Translations under genes and position numbers: made by a program
The notes under the pieces: model-generated
Told to the model about the DNA's origin: nothing
What the model saw: only the letters and a program-made list of their open reading frames with translations
Databases searched by the model: none
NCBI GenBank assembly: GCA_043823745.1
Contig: JBDRAN010000006.1
Coordinates: 40,176 to 104,175, forward strand
Source of the DNA: Candidatus Omnitrophota bacterium
GTDB lineage: Bacteria > Omnitrophota > Gorgyraeia > Duberdicusellales > 4484-171
Length of the DNA: 64,000 bases
Direction: 5' to 3'
Shown: piece by piece, positions 10,218 to 18,946 of the stretch
How positions within the stretch are numbered: position 1 is the stretch's first letter
How the letters are laid out: each line of letters opens with the position of its first letter

Positions 10218-11993
10218 ATGCCCAATTTTCTTCCCATCTCAAAATCTGATTGCAAAATACGGGGCTGGGATGCGTGTGACATCATTATCGTCAGTGGCGA
10301 CGCCTATGTTGACCATCCTTCCTGGGGGGTCGCGGTAATTGCCCGGGTTCTTGAACACGCCGGATACCGCGTCGGCATCATCCCGCAACCCGATTGGCGT
10401 AACACTGCCGATTTTATGGCGCTTGGCCGGCCGCGGCTCTTCTTCGCCATTACCGCGGGAAACCTTGACTCAATGGTCGCAAATTATACAGCCAACAAAC
10501 GGCCGCGGCGAAACGACCATTATTCTCCGGCAGGCACCCCGGGCATGCGACCTGACCGAGCAATCATCGTCTATGCCAACCGCGTGCGCCAAGCTTTTCC
10601 TGATAGCCCAATTGTCATCGGAGGCATAGAAGCTTCGTTGCGCAGAATTGCTCACTATGATTATTGGGATAATAACGTTCGCGGCTCCATCATCCTTGAT
10701 ACCCGAGCCGACATCCTGGTCTACGGCATGGGGGAAAGACAAATCATCACGATCGCCCGGCGACTGGCGGAAAAAAAAGACCTCGAAGGTATTCCGGGTA
10801 CCGTTGTTATACAAAAAGACGTGAGCACATGCGCCGATTACCTGGAGCTACCCTCATACGATGAGGTAAGAAACGATACTAAAAAGTTCAACGAAGCCTT
10901 TGAAATATTTTACCGTAACCAAGATCCTCTGCACGGAAAAACACTTGCTCAAAAACATGGCACCCGCTTTATCGTGCACTTCCCGCCGGCGGCTCCCCTG
11001 ACAAGCCAGGAGTTAGACGCCATCTACGCCCTTCCCTTTGCGCGTCGGCCACATCCGGTCTACACAAAAGCGGGCGGTATCCCTGGATTTGAAACGGTAA
11101 AGTTTTCAATTATCACTAATCGTGGCTGCTGCGGAGAATGTAATTTTTGCTCGCTCTACGCGCACCAGGGAAGAATCGTACAATCGCGCAGCGAAGAATC
11201 AATTATTACGGAAGCGCGACTCCTGGCGCAACAGGCTGGCTTTAAGGGCACCATCAGCGATATAGGCGGGCCAACCGCAAATCTTTACGCGGCACATTGC
11301 CGGCATTGGAATACGCGCGGGACATGCCGCAAGCGCCAATGCCTTATGCCGCGACCGTGCCCACACCTTAAGCCCGGCATCGAACAAAGCCGACATCTCT
11401 ACCGGAAGTTGCGCGCAGTCCCGGGGGTACAGCATGTCTTTATTGAAAGCGGTATGCGCTATGACCTTCTTGGTGACCCCAGCGCCGCCGGATATCTTGA
11501 AGATGTCTGCGCCTACCATGTCAGCGGCCAACTTAAAGTGGCGCCTGAACATACGGTTAACCATGTATTGGCACTAATGAACAAGCCCAATTTTTCTGTC
11601 TACGAAGGCTTTACGCGCCAGTTTACCGCTGCAACTGCGCGCTGCCGCAAAGAATTATATCTGGTTAATTATTTTATCAGCGCCCACCCCGGCGCAACGC
11701 TTAATGATGCCCTTACGCTTTCTCTTGAGCTTATGCGCCGGCATATCCGCCCTCAACAGATACAAGATTTCATACCGCTTCCCATGACCGTCTCAACCTG
11801 CATGTTTTATACCGGTAGGCACCCCTTAACCGGAGAAACCGTATATGTGGCTCGCGAGCCGGCCCAGCGCGCCATGCAGCGCGCGCTTATCCAATATTTT
11901 AATCCAAAAAATAAAAACGTAATCCGACAAGCGCTGAAGATATTGGGCAAGGAAGATTTATGGGGTACGTTTCGGCGCGCGGGCTTGCGATGA
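10218..11993 (+). CDS. ygiQ: YgiQ family (UPF0313) radical SAM protein
   Basis: YgiQ N-terminal domain (DIIIVSGDAYVDHPSWGVAVIARVLE) and radical-SAM cysteine motif GCCGECNFC; 591 aa. Confidence 0.8.
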   Translation: MPNFLPISKSDCKIRGWDACDIIIVSGDAYVDHPSWGVAVIARVLEHAGYRVGIIPQPDWRNTADFMALGRPRLFFAITAGNLDSMVANYTANKRPRRNDHYSPAGTPGMRPDRAIIVYANRVRQAFPDSPIVIGGIEASLRRIAHYDYWDNNVRGSIILDTRADILVYGMGERQIITIARRLAEKKDLEGIPGTVVIQKDVSTCADYLELPSYDEVRNDTKKFNEAFEIFYRNQDPLHGKTLAQKHGTRFIVHFPPAAPLTSQELDAIYALPFARRPHPVYTKAGGIPGFETVKFSIITNRGCCGECNFCSLYAHQGRIVQSRSEESIITEARLLAQQAGFKGTISDIGGPTANLYAAHCRHWNTRGTCRKRQCLMPRPCPHLKPGIEQSRHLYRKLRAVPGVQHVFIESGMRYDLLGDPSAAGYLEDVCAYHVSGQLKVAPEHTVNHVLALMNKPNFSVYEGFTRQFTAATARCRKELYLVNYFISAHPGATLNDALTLSLELMRRHIRPQQIQDFIPLPMTVSTCMFYTGRHPLTGETVYVAREPAQRAMQRALIQYFNPKNKNVIRQALKILGKEDLWGTFRRAGLR

Positions 11994-12842
11994 AAGACCG
12001 TGGGCGGCAACAAACTCCGTGAACCGTTCAATAAACTCTTGTTGATAAACATACGGCCCGTCGTTATGGTCCCCTGGAAGGATAAAAAATTCTTTCGGAG
12101 AAGCTGCATTCTCATAGAGCTTGCGGCCGATGGCCAAAGGAACGATGCTGTCTGCTTCTCCATGAATAAAAAGTTTAGGCACAATGAGGCGGCTCGCGCG
12201 CGCCTGCGCATCAAACTTAACGCTGGCAAGATTCTTAAACAGCACTGAAGGAACCCAGGGGAACATAACCCGCCCCATATCGATAGCTGAACTAAACCCT
12301 CCCTGGATGACTACTGCTGCAACCGTCACCGTAGAGGCGACATCAAGCGCAACCGCACTGCCGATTGATTCACCATAGAGGATAACTCTGCGAGGCGCAA
12401 TCGCACGCGCGGTAACCAGATAGCGATAGCTTGAAAGAGCGTCCTGGTAGAAACCGGCCTCGGATGGCTTTCCCGAACTCTTACCGTAGCCACGGTAATC
12501 GAAAATCAAAACCCCGAACCCTGCGTCAGAAAATAGTTTGAGCAGCAAAACGCGGTCACCGATATTCCCGGCGTTGCCATGACAAAACAAAATAACCGGC
12601 GAAGAAACCGGACCTTCAAGAAACCACGCGTTAATCGTTTCGCTGCCGGAAGGAATCATCACCTCTTCAAAGTTTACACCCACCGCCGATGGCGTGACCG
12701 TGATATCCCGAGACGGGAAAAAAATCCCTGTTTTTTCAAAATACTTCAGAAAGAGAACGAGCGCAAGCAACGCGACTCCCACAACAATAAAACCATTCAA
12801 CAGAATTAACATAATCTTTTTTGTAGAAAAATAATGCACCAT
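11958..12842 (-). CDS. membrane-anchored alpha/beta hydrolase
   Basis: N-terminal TM, HGNAGN oxyanion-region motif, nucleophile elbow GESIGSAVA (GxSxG); 36-nt 3' convergent overlap with ygiQ. Confidence 0.7.
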   Translation of the reverse strand: MVHYFSTKKIMLILLNGFIVVGVALLALVLFLKYFEKTGIFFPSRDITVTPSAVGVNFEEVMIPSGSETINAWFLEGPVSSPVILFCHGNAGNIGDRVLLLKLFSDAGFGVLIFDYRGYGKSSGKPSEAGFYQDALSSYRYLVTARAIAPRRVILYGESIGSAVALDVASTVTVAAVVIQGGFSSAIDMGRVMFPWVPSVLFKNLASVKFDAQARASRLIVPKLFIHGEADSIVPLAIGRKLYENAASPKEFFILPGDHNDGPYVYQQEFIERFTEFVAAHGLSSQARAPKRTP

Positions 12843-12959
12843 GTTATAATACGCTCGTTTATTATTATAACGTTGCTTCTTAAAATCGCAAGCTGGTGGA
12901 AGTTACGCTTCGTCCGCGTGTACAGTCTAGAAGCCGAGTGTACAGTTCTTACTATTGGC

Positions 12960-13160
12960 CGTATAAGGTTGCGTCTATGGGCTGCGCACCAGCGCGTCCC
13001 GAAGGGGCTGCGAGGCTCGTTTCGGTTGCGTCAAACGCCAATCGTCTTTATTCTTAATAATGTTTTTGACGCAACCGATCTACGTATGACGTGACCAGAT
13101 GCACACCAGTGCGTCCCGCAGGGGACTGCGCAACCGCTGGACGTATGACGAGACGATACA
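12960..13160. repeat. intergenic direct repeats and short GC hairpins between divergent hydrolase and maf-rlmD genes
   Basis: ~32-nt imperfect direct repeat (gcgcaccagcgcgtcccgaaggggctgcgaggc at ~12983, gcacaccagtgcgtcccgcaggggactgcgcaacc at ~13107); 12-nt inverted repeat ggttgcgtcaaa / tttgacgcaacc; acgtatgacg duplicated. Confidence 0.4.
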
Positions 13161-13286
13161 GTGCAAACATATCTTATAAATAATACAATCCCAGGATACG
13201 AACGAGTGTGAAGCGTACCTGAGGCCTCCTCGCAGAGGGTGGTCGACGGACGACAAAGAAAGCCTTACGCTTACGTATATATTATT

Positions 13287-15197
13287 ATGAGTATTATCCT
13301 TGCTTCAGCATCCAGTCGCCGAGCAGAACTTCTTAAAAAAATCACTGCTGATTTTATGGTTGTGACAAGCAGCGTTAATGAAACACTCATTACGGAACGC
13401 GATCCGGTGCGCTTCGCGCTTGCGGCAGCGGAAGCAAAAGCAAAAGATGTAGGAACACAATTCCCTCAAAGCACGGTCATCGGCGCCGATACCATCGTGG
13501 TCTTACATGATACCATATTAGGAAAACCAAGCGGAATTGAGAACGCACGCGCGATGCTGCACACTCTCTCAGGTACAACGCACCTCGTTATCACGGCGCT
13601 GGCGCTCTATGCGCATGACGAGAACAAACTACTCCTTACCTATCAGACCAGCGCGGTAACCTTTAAAAAACTGACTCATGAGATGATTGAAACGTATCTG
13701 GCGCGCGGTGACTTTGACGACAAAGCGGGTTCATACGCGATTCAAAATGTCGGCGATACCTTTGTAAGCGCCGCGGAAGGCGATTACGACAATATAATAG
13801 GGCTTCCGGTGGAAACCCTGCGCAAGCTTCTTGAGGCCTTCATGACCCCGTTACTCACCCTCGATATTATTGATATTGCGCTGCCCGATGGTTACGGCGT
13901 AGCTAAACACGAGGGTGGCGTTATCTTTATCCCTCAAGCGGTTACCGGTGACACTATAGCTGCTACGATCGTAAAAGAAAAACCCCGGCTGGCCTATGCG
14001 CACATGATCGGGCTCACCGCGCTTTCAGCCTCTCGCGTAACAGCAACGTGCCCCCATTCCGGCATCTGCGGAGGGTGCATCCTGCAAGAGCTAAACTACC
14101 CTGAACAACTACGCCTGAAAGATCGACACCTCTACCAGACACTCGGTCGTATCGGAAAAATCGATACAAGCCGCGTTCAGAAAATACCCATTACCCCGTC
14201 ACGCCACCAATACTTCTATCGTAATAAAATCGAACTTTCATTTTCAACGCGCCAAGAGAAAGCCATCCTCGGCTTCAAAGAAAGAGCCTCAGGGGCCCCT
14301 AACCAGGAGGCGATCATCCCTGTCAGCCAATGCCCCATCGCAAACCCGCGCGTCCCGGAAATTATTTCCCGCGTTTTGGAATTCGCAGACGCAGCCGATC
14401 TGGCTGCGTATAACCCCCACAAAAAAGAAGGTGTGTTAAAACGCCTCATCATTAAAGAAGCAAAAGCCTCAGGGAAATTGATGGTGATCCTGGTAACCAA
14501 ACAAGCCGCCGTCACACGCTACGCACAACGCTTACATGAAGCACTCTCTTCGATAGAACCGATAGAAAGCCTCTGCTGGGCAATCGAAGAACGCGATGAC
14601 ACCCGCAGCTTTGAGCAGAAAATACTTATCGCCGGAGAGAATTGCATCAGGGAACGCATCGGCGATTTCTCCTGTAATGTCTACCCTGAAACATTTCTTC
14701 AGGCTAACAGCGAAACTGCGCCGCGATTGTATGAACACATCAAACAACACCTCGGGCACGATGAAAAGATCTTAAGCCTCTACTGTGGCTCGGGCCTTCT
14801 TGAGCTTTCGATAGCCCATGCGTCGCAAGAAATTACCGGCATCGACACGAACGCAAACAATATCTCCTGCGCCAGAGAAAACTGCCAGCTCAACAATATT
14901 ACCAATTGCAATTTCTCTCCTGGCAAAGCCGAGGAGGCACTCAAGAAAAAGAGAGAGCGCGATTGCAACACCCTTATCCTTGACCCTCCACGATCGGGCT
15001 TAAGCCCTGAAGCATTGCGGCGCGTCTGCTCGTATGGCGCTGCAAAGATTCTGTATGTCTCCTGCAACCCGGCAAGCCTGGCGCGCGACATAGCGATACT
15101 TGCCAAACCCTACCACCTTGCCAGCGTAGCCGCCTTTGATATGTTCCCGCAAACCGGCCACCTCGAAATTGTGGCGATACTGCGCAAAAAACAATGA
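13287..15197 (+). CDS. fusion protein: Maf-like nucleoside-triphosphate pyrophosphatase (N) + RlmD/RumA-type 23S rRNA (uracil-5)-methyltransferase (C)
   Basis: N-term ~185 aa Maf (ILASASSRRAELL…VIGADTIVV…GKP…AIQ); continues in frame without a stop into TRAM domain, 4Fe-4S Cys cluster (CPHSGICGGC) and SAM-MTase (LDPPRSG…YVSCNP). Confidence 0.75.
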   Translation: MSIILASASSRRAELLKKITADFMVVTSSVNETLITERDPVRFALAAAEAKAKDVGTQFPQSTVIGADTIVVLHDTILGKPSGIENARAMLHTLSGTTHLVITALALYAHDENKLLLTYQTSAVTFKKLTHEMIETYLARGDFDDKAGSYAIQNVGDTFVSAAEGDYDNIIGLPVETLRKLLEAFMTPLLTLDIIDIALPDGYGVAKHEGGVIFIPQAVTGDTIAATIVKEKPRLAYAHMIGLTALSASRVTATCPHSGICGGCILQELNYPEQLRLKDRHLYQTLGRIGKIDTSRVQKIPITPSRHQYFYRNKIELSFSTRQEKAILGFKERASGAPNQEAIIPVSQCPIANPRVPEIISRVLEFADAADLAAYNPHKKEGVLKRLIIKEAKASGKLMVILVTKQAAVTRYAQRLHEALSSIEPIESLCWAIEERDDTRSFEQKILIAGENCIRERIGDFSCNVYPETFLQANSETAPRLYEHIKQHLGHDEKILSLYCGSGLLELSIAHASQEITGIDTNANNISCARENCQLNNITNCNFSPGKAEEALKKKRERDCNTLILDPPRSGLSPEALRRVCSYGAAKILYVSCNPASLARDIAILAKPYHLASVAAFDMFPQTGHLEIVAILRKKQ

Positions 15198-15410
15198 TAA
15201 TAATTGACGCGCCTAGTCTCCCATGATAAGGTAGACAACTGTGCGTGATAACAATACATACGTTCTATGAACACCCGGCTGAATCTCACCCGGCGCTATC
15301 GGATGCGCCGGTGTACGCCCCTGCGTTAGAATAGCCGGTGTGCACTTTAGGGTTTATACCCCGCGCTTAAAGGAATTGCGCGGGTACGCCCCTCTGGGCA
15401 AGGAGGTTGT

Positions 15411-16373
15411 ATGAAAAAATATAGCAGTGTTTTTATTTGTATCTATGCGTGTGCGGCGATGTGGACCTGCGCGCTTGCTCAAGACACAGCCCTGTCACAG
15501 GAAACCCACGAAATAGCCGCCGCCGCTCAAGAAGACGCAACGCTGGCAACCGTAGGAGACTGGCACATCAGCCTGACGGAATTTAACCAGGCACTTAAAA
15601 AATTGACGCCGGTGCTTGCGCAACAAAAAATTCCGATGGGCCCTGACTTTAAAGAACAAATGCTTAATGAACTTGTGGAGCAGGAAATTCTCGCGCAGAT
15701 CGCGGCACGTAAAGGGAAAGACAAAGATGCGGATCTGGTGCGCGCGATGAATCGTTATCGGAGCGCGCTCCTTGCAGCGAAACTTATGGAAGAAACGGGA
15801 GAAGCGATCGTTATCGATCCAGCCGACGTTAAAACGTTTTACGATGCAAATAAAGAAATCTTCGCTAACCCTCCCCGAGAAATTAAAATTCTCGAAATCC
15901 TCGCGGGTAGCGAACCAGAGGCGCAGGAAATAGCCGGGCGCCTCGCACGGAACGAAGACTTTGCGACGGTCGCGCGCAAATCCTCAAAGAGTGAATCGGC
16001 GAAAGTCGGTGGGGATCTTGGCTTTATCTCAACCAGGGAGATACTCCTTACCTATCACGGCATCGAACCTCCCGAGCGTACGGGAAAGAACGCCCCGATT
16101 AATGTGCCAAACCGCCCGGAAGCCTTCTGGGAAAAAGCGATCGTGCTTGCGAAAGGGGAGATTTCCGATCCTATCAAGGTCGAGGACGGTACCTACTATA
16201 TCATTAAGGTAAGCGACATACGAGGGGGCCAGACGATCCCTGAACTGGGAGAAGTAAGCCCGTATATCGAGCAATACTTAAAAATGAACCGTTTTGAGAA
16301 AGAAATAGAAAAGCTCGTTGATGGCTTTAAAGCCTCTCAAAAGGTAGAAATTAACAAGGATTTACTGAAATAA
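15411..16373 (+). CDS. secreted PpiC/parvulin-type peptidyl-prolyl isomerase (SurA/PrsA-like)
   Basis: Signal peptide, chaperone-like N-domain, parvulin motif GGDLGFIS. Confidence 0.7.
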   Translation: MKKYSSVFICIYACAAMWTCALAQDTALSQETHEIAAAAQEDATLATVGDWHISLTEFNQALKKLTPVLAQQKIPMGPDFKEQMLNELVEQEILAQIAARKGKDKDADLVRAMNRYRSALLAAKLMEETGEAIVIDPADVKTFYDANKEIFANPPREIKILEILAGSEPEAQEIAGRLARNEDFATVARKSSKSESAKVGGDLGFISTREILLTYHGIEPPERTGKNAPINVPNRPEAFWEKAIVLAKGEISDPIKVEDGTYYIIKVSDIRGGQTIPELGEVSPYIEQYLKMNRFEKEIEKLVDGFKASQKVEINKDLLK

Positions 16374-16437
16374 TAGCTCAAAAAATTACAGGAAATAACT
16401 TGACGCCTTTTGCTTTCTATGCTAATATTCAAGACCT

Positions 16438-16746
16438 ATGTGGGCAATTGTCGAGATATCAAACAAACAATACCTGATTAAAGAAGGGGAATCTCTTAAG
16501 GTAGAACGCCTTAAACAGGAGGGTGAAATAACCCTGGATAAGGTGCTCCTTGTAGCTGACGAGGGCACGGTTACCATAGGAAACCCCTATATTAACAAGG
16601 CCAAAGTCACCGCTACCATCACCGGCGAGGCTAAGGGTGAAAAAATCATTAGCTATAAGTACCGCCGCCGAAAAAAATCCCGTTGGAAGAAAGGGCATCG
16701 CCAGATTTATACCCTCCTTACCGTCTCTCGCATTAAACCTGCGTAA
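16438..16746 (+). CDS. rplU: 50S ribosomal protein L21
   Basis: MWAIVEISNKQYLIKEGE…; ~102 aa, basic C-terminus; conserved position upstream of obg. Confidence 0.85.
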   Translation: MWAIVEISNKQYLIKEGESLKVERLKQEGEITLDKVLLVADEGTVTIGNPYINKAKVTATITGEAKGEKIISYKYRRRKKSRWKKGHRQIYTLLTVSRIKPA

Positions 16747-16826
16747 TCGCGAGAATTTTCCTTCTTCATATATACGAACTTTTTTAACGTCTTATCGGGG
16801 CTGGCGTCTTACCATAAGGTTCAACC

Positions 16827-17828
16827 ATGATTATTGACCGCGTTAAAATCTATGTCAAAGCCGGCGACGGCGGAGAAGGCGATTTATCAAGCCTGACGCT
16901 CTCAGCCCGCAGGATTATCGGCGGAGGAGGAGATGGTGGTGACGGGGGCAATGTTATTATCAAGGTAAATCCACACCTCTATGATTTAAACAAGTTCCTG
17001 GTAAACAAAACATTTACAGCCACCAACGGCGCCCGCGGCAGCCGAAATAATAAAAAGGGTAAAAGGGGCGAAGACATCACCGTGAACGTACCGGAAGGGA
17101 CCCTCGTGTTTGATGAAGCAGGGAACTTTATCGCGGACGTAAGCGGCGAAACACAAGAACTCCTCGTCTGCCGGGGAGGCAGGGCCGGTAAAGGTACCTA
17201 CAAAAAAACCTACAGCCTTCCTGCCGAAGCAGGGGAAGAGCACAAACTCATTTTAGATTATCGCGCCCCCAATGATGTAGCGGTGCTGGGAATGCCTAAC
17301 AGCGGAAAAACTTCACTGGTCAATGCGCTTACCAGGCATTCCTTTAAAGTAGCGGACTACCCTTTCACCACAACATCCTGTGCCTGGGCCAAGGCAACCT
17401 ACGCATACAAACCGTTCACGGTCCTGGATACCCCCCCTTTAAATGAAAAAACACATAGCAAGGGGCTCAACGGCTTCTTGAAACATCTTACCCGCAGTTC
17501 CATACTGCTCTTGGTAAGTGAAAACGCTTCGCGTTTTCAAGAAGAATTCGCTTTCCTTAAAAAGGAAATCATCGCTTTCGACGAAGAGACGCAAAGCCTC
17601 CCCCACGTAGATGAGGGAGTGCAAAGCCTGCCCTGCGCAGGCAAGGGAATGCGAAGCCTCCCCCACGGAGGTGAGGGATTACTCAAGGGTAAAAAAATTT
17701 TTTACTTATTAAGCAAAGTTGATACAATAGAAAAGGGAGCTGGCGCTAAGAATTGCCTCCGGGTTTCAGCCGCGACCGGCCTGGGGATCGAAACATTAAA
17801 AAAGAAGATCGTAAACGCTCTAACCTAA
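16827..17828 (+). CDS. obg: GTPase Obg (short form lacking C-terminal OCT domain) with internal 10-aa x3 repeat insertion
   Basis: Gly-rich Obg fold (VKAGDGGEG…GGGGDGGDGGN), G1 GMPNSGKTSL, G3 DTPP, G4 SKVD; tandem repeat QSLPHVDEGV/QSLPCAGKGM/RSLPHGGEGL between G3 and G4. Confidence 0.8.
   Translation: MIIDRVKIYVKAGDGGEGDLSSLTLSARRIIGGGGDGGDGGNVIIKVNPHLYDLNKFLVNKTFTATNGARGSRNNKKGKRGEDITVNVPEGTLVFDEAGNFIADVSGETQELLVCRGGRAGKGTYKKTYSLPAEAGEEHKLILDYRAPNDVAVLGMPNSGKTSLVNALTRHSFKVADYPFTTTSCAWAKATYAYKPFTVLDTPPLNEKTHSKGLNGFLKHLTRSSILLLVSENASRFQEEFAFLKKEIIAFDEETQSLPHVDEGVQSLPCAGKGMRSLPHGGEGLLKGKKIFYLLSKVDTIEKGAGAKNCLRVSAATGLGIETLKKKIVNALT
17591..17679 (+). repeat. 3 x 30-nt imperfect tandem repeat inside obg coding sequence
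   Basis: gcaaagcctcccccacgtagatgagggag / gcaaagcctgccctgcgcaggcaagggaa / gcgaagcctcccccacggaggtgagggat, in frame. Confidence 0.8.
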
Positions 17829-17847
17829 CATACGCTGCAGGTGCCGC

Positions 17848-18894
17848 ATGAAAAAGCTCGTCATAAAAATCGGTAGCAGCATTATCGCGCCGGCTGGTAA
17901 ATTGGATAACTGCCTGGTGCGTGAGCTTATTGCCGATATACTCGCAACCCAAGCTCTGGGGTATAAGGTAATCCTTGTTTCTTCGGGCGCGATTGCCTGC
18001 GGCGCAGACGCGCTCGGTATCACCAAAAAACCTACGGATGCCCACTCTCTGATGGCTCTTGCCTCATTGGGCCAAATTATTCTGATGGATGCGTATCGCG
18101 CCGCTTTTGGGGCACATCAGAGAAATTGCGCGCAAATCCTCCTTACCTGGGATGACTTCGATAACCGCAAGCGTTTCTTAAACGCGCGCGCTACGATCGA
18201 TAAACTTCTTGCCATGGAGATCATACCGATCATCAATGAGAATGATGCTGTTTCAAGCGAAGAAATAAAATTCGGAGATAACGACCGCCTCGGGGCTCTG
18301 GTCACCGACCTGGTACATGCTGGGCATTCGATCATTCTCTCTGATGTAGCGGGTTTACTCGATGAAGCGGGAGCGATTATCCCGGTAATCACGAAAATTG
18401 ACGCAAAAATCTATAAACTGGTCAAAGTAAAAAGCGGCGCCTTCACCAGCGGCGGGATGCAGACCAAACTACAGGCTGCTGAAATCGTAACGGCTGCGGG
18501 TGCGACACTGGTAATCGCCAGCGGACACGAAAAAGAGCCCCTACGGCGCATTATGGGCGGGGAACATCTGGGCACTCGTTTTGTCCCCGCAGCCACCGTA
18601 TCGCGAGCGCGCAAACGCTGGATTGCTTTCAGCAAAAAGATCAAAGGAAAAATCTACATCGATGCCGGTGCAAAAAAGGCGATCCTCGAAAACGGTAGAA
18701 GCCTGCTCGCCGTCGGTATAAGCACAATCGAAGGGGATTTCAAACCCAATGACTCAGTCTGTGTACTTGACGCGACCGGCGCCATAATCGGGTGCGGCCT
18801 TGCCAATTATTCGTCTGACGATCTTCGCGAAGGCAAAGGGAAAAAGTTTGAAAAAGAAATCATCCATCGCGACAATTTCGTAAAAAATGAATAA
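17848..18894 (+). CDS. proB: glutamate 5-kinase with PUA domain
   Basis: LVIKIGSS…, amino-acid kinase fold, C-terminal PUA; precedes proA. Confidence 0.85.
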   Translation: MKKLVIKIGSSIIAPAGKLDNCLVRELIADILATQALGYKVILVSSGAIACGADALGITKKPTDAHSLMALASLGQIILMDAYRAAFGAHQRNCAQILLTWDDFDNRKRFLNARATIDKLLAMEIIPIINENDAVSSEEIKFGDNDRLGALVTDLVHAGHSIILSDVAGLLDEAGAIIPVITKIDAKIYKLVKVKSGAFTSGGMQTKLQAAEIVTAAGATLVIASGHEKEPLRRIMGGEHLGTRFVPAATVSRARKRWIAFSKKIKGKIYIDAGAKKAILENGRSLLAVGISTIEGDFKPNDSVCVLDATGAIIGCGLANYSSDDLREGKGKKFEKEIIHRDNFVKNE

Positions 18895-18946
18895 CAGTTC
18901 TTTAAAGCCAAGAGCCTAGACCCTGGAACCTAGAACATAGTATGCA

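Noticed and set aside
12000-12248. 82-aa plus-strand ORF
   Set aside because: It lies completely inside, and antisense to, the alpha/beta hydrolase gene; no independent support.
12834-13094. 86-aa plus-strand ORF in the hydrolase/maf intergenic region
   Set aside because: It has no RBS, its start is buried in the divergent gene's start region, and it is hydrophobic low-complexity. The region is better explained as regulatory/structured DNA, which is reported as a finding.
12843-13286. tmRNA, RNase P RNA, SRP RNA or 6S RNA in the long spacer
   Set aside because: Conserved cores were not found by eye: no RNase P GGAAAGUCCGGGCUCC-like P4 region, no tmRNA tag reading frame ending in ALAA with a CCA-proximal tRNA-like end, and no SRP domain IV GGAA tetraloop helix. 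Left as an unclassified candidate pending an Rfam scan.
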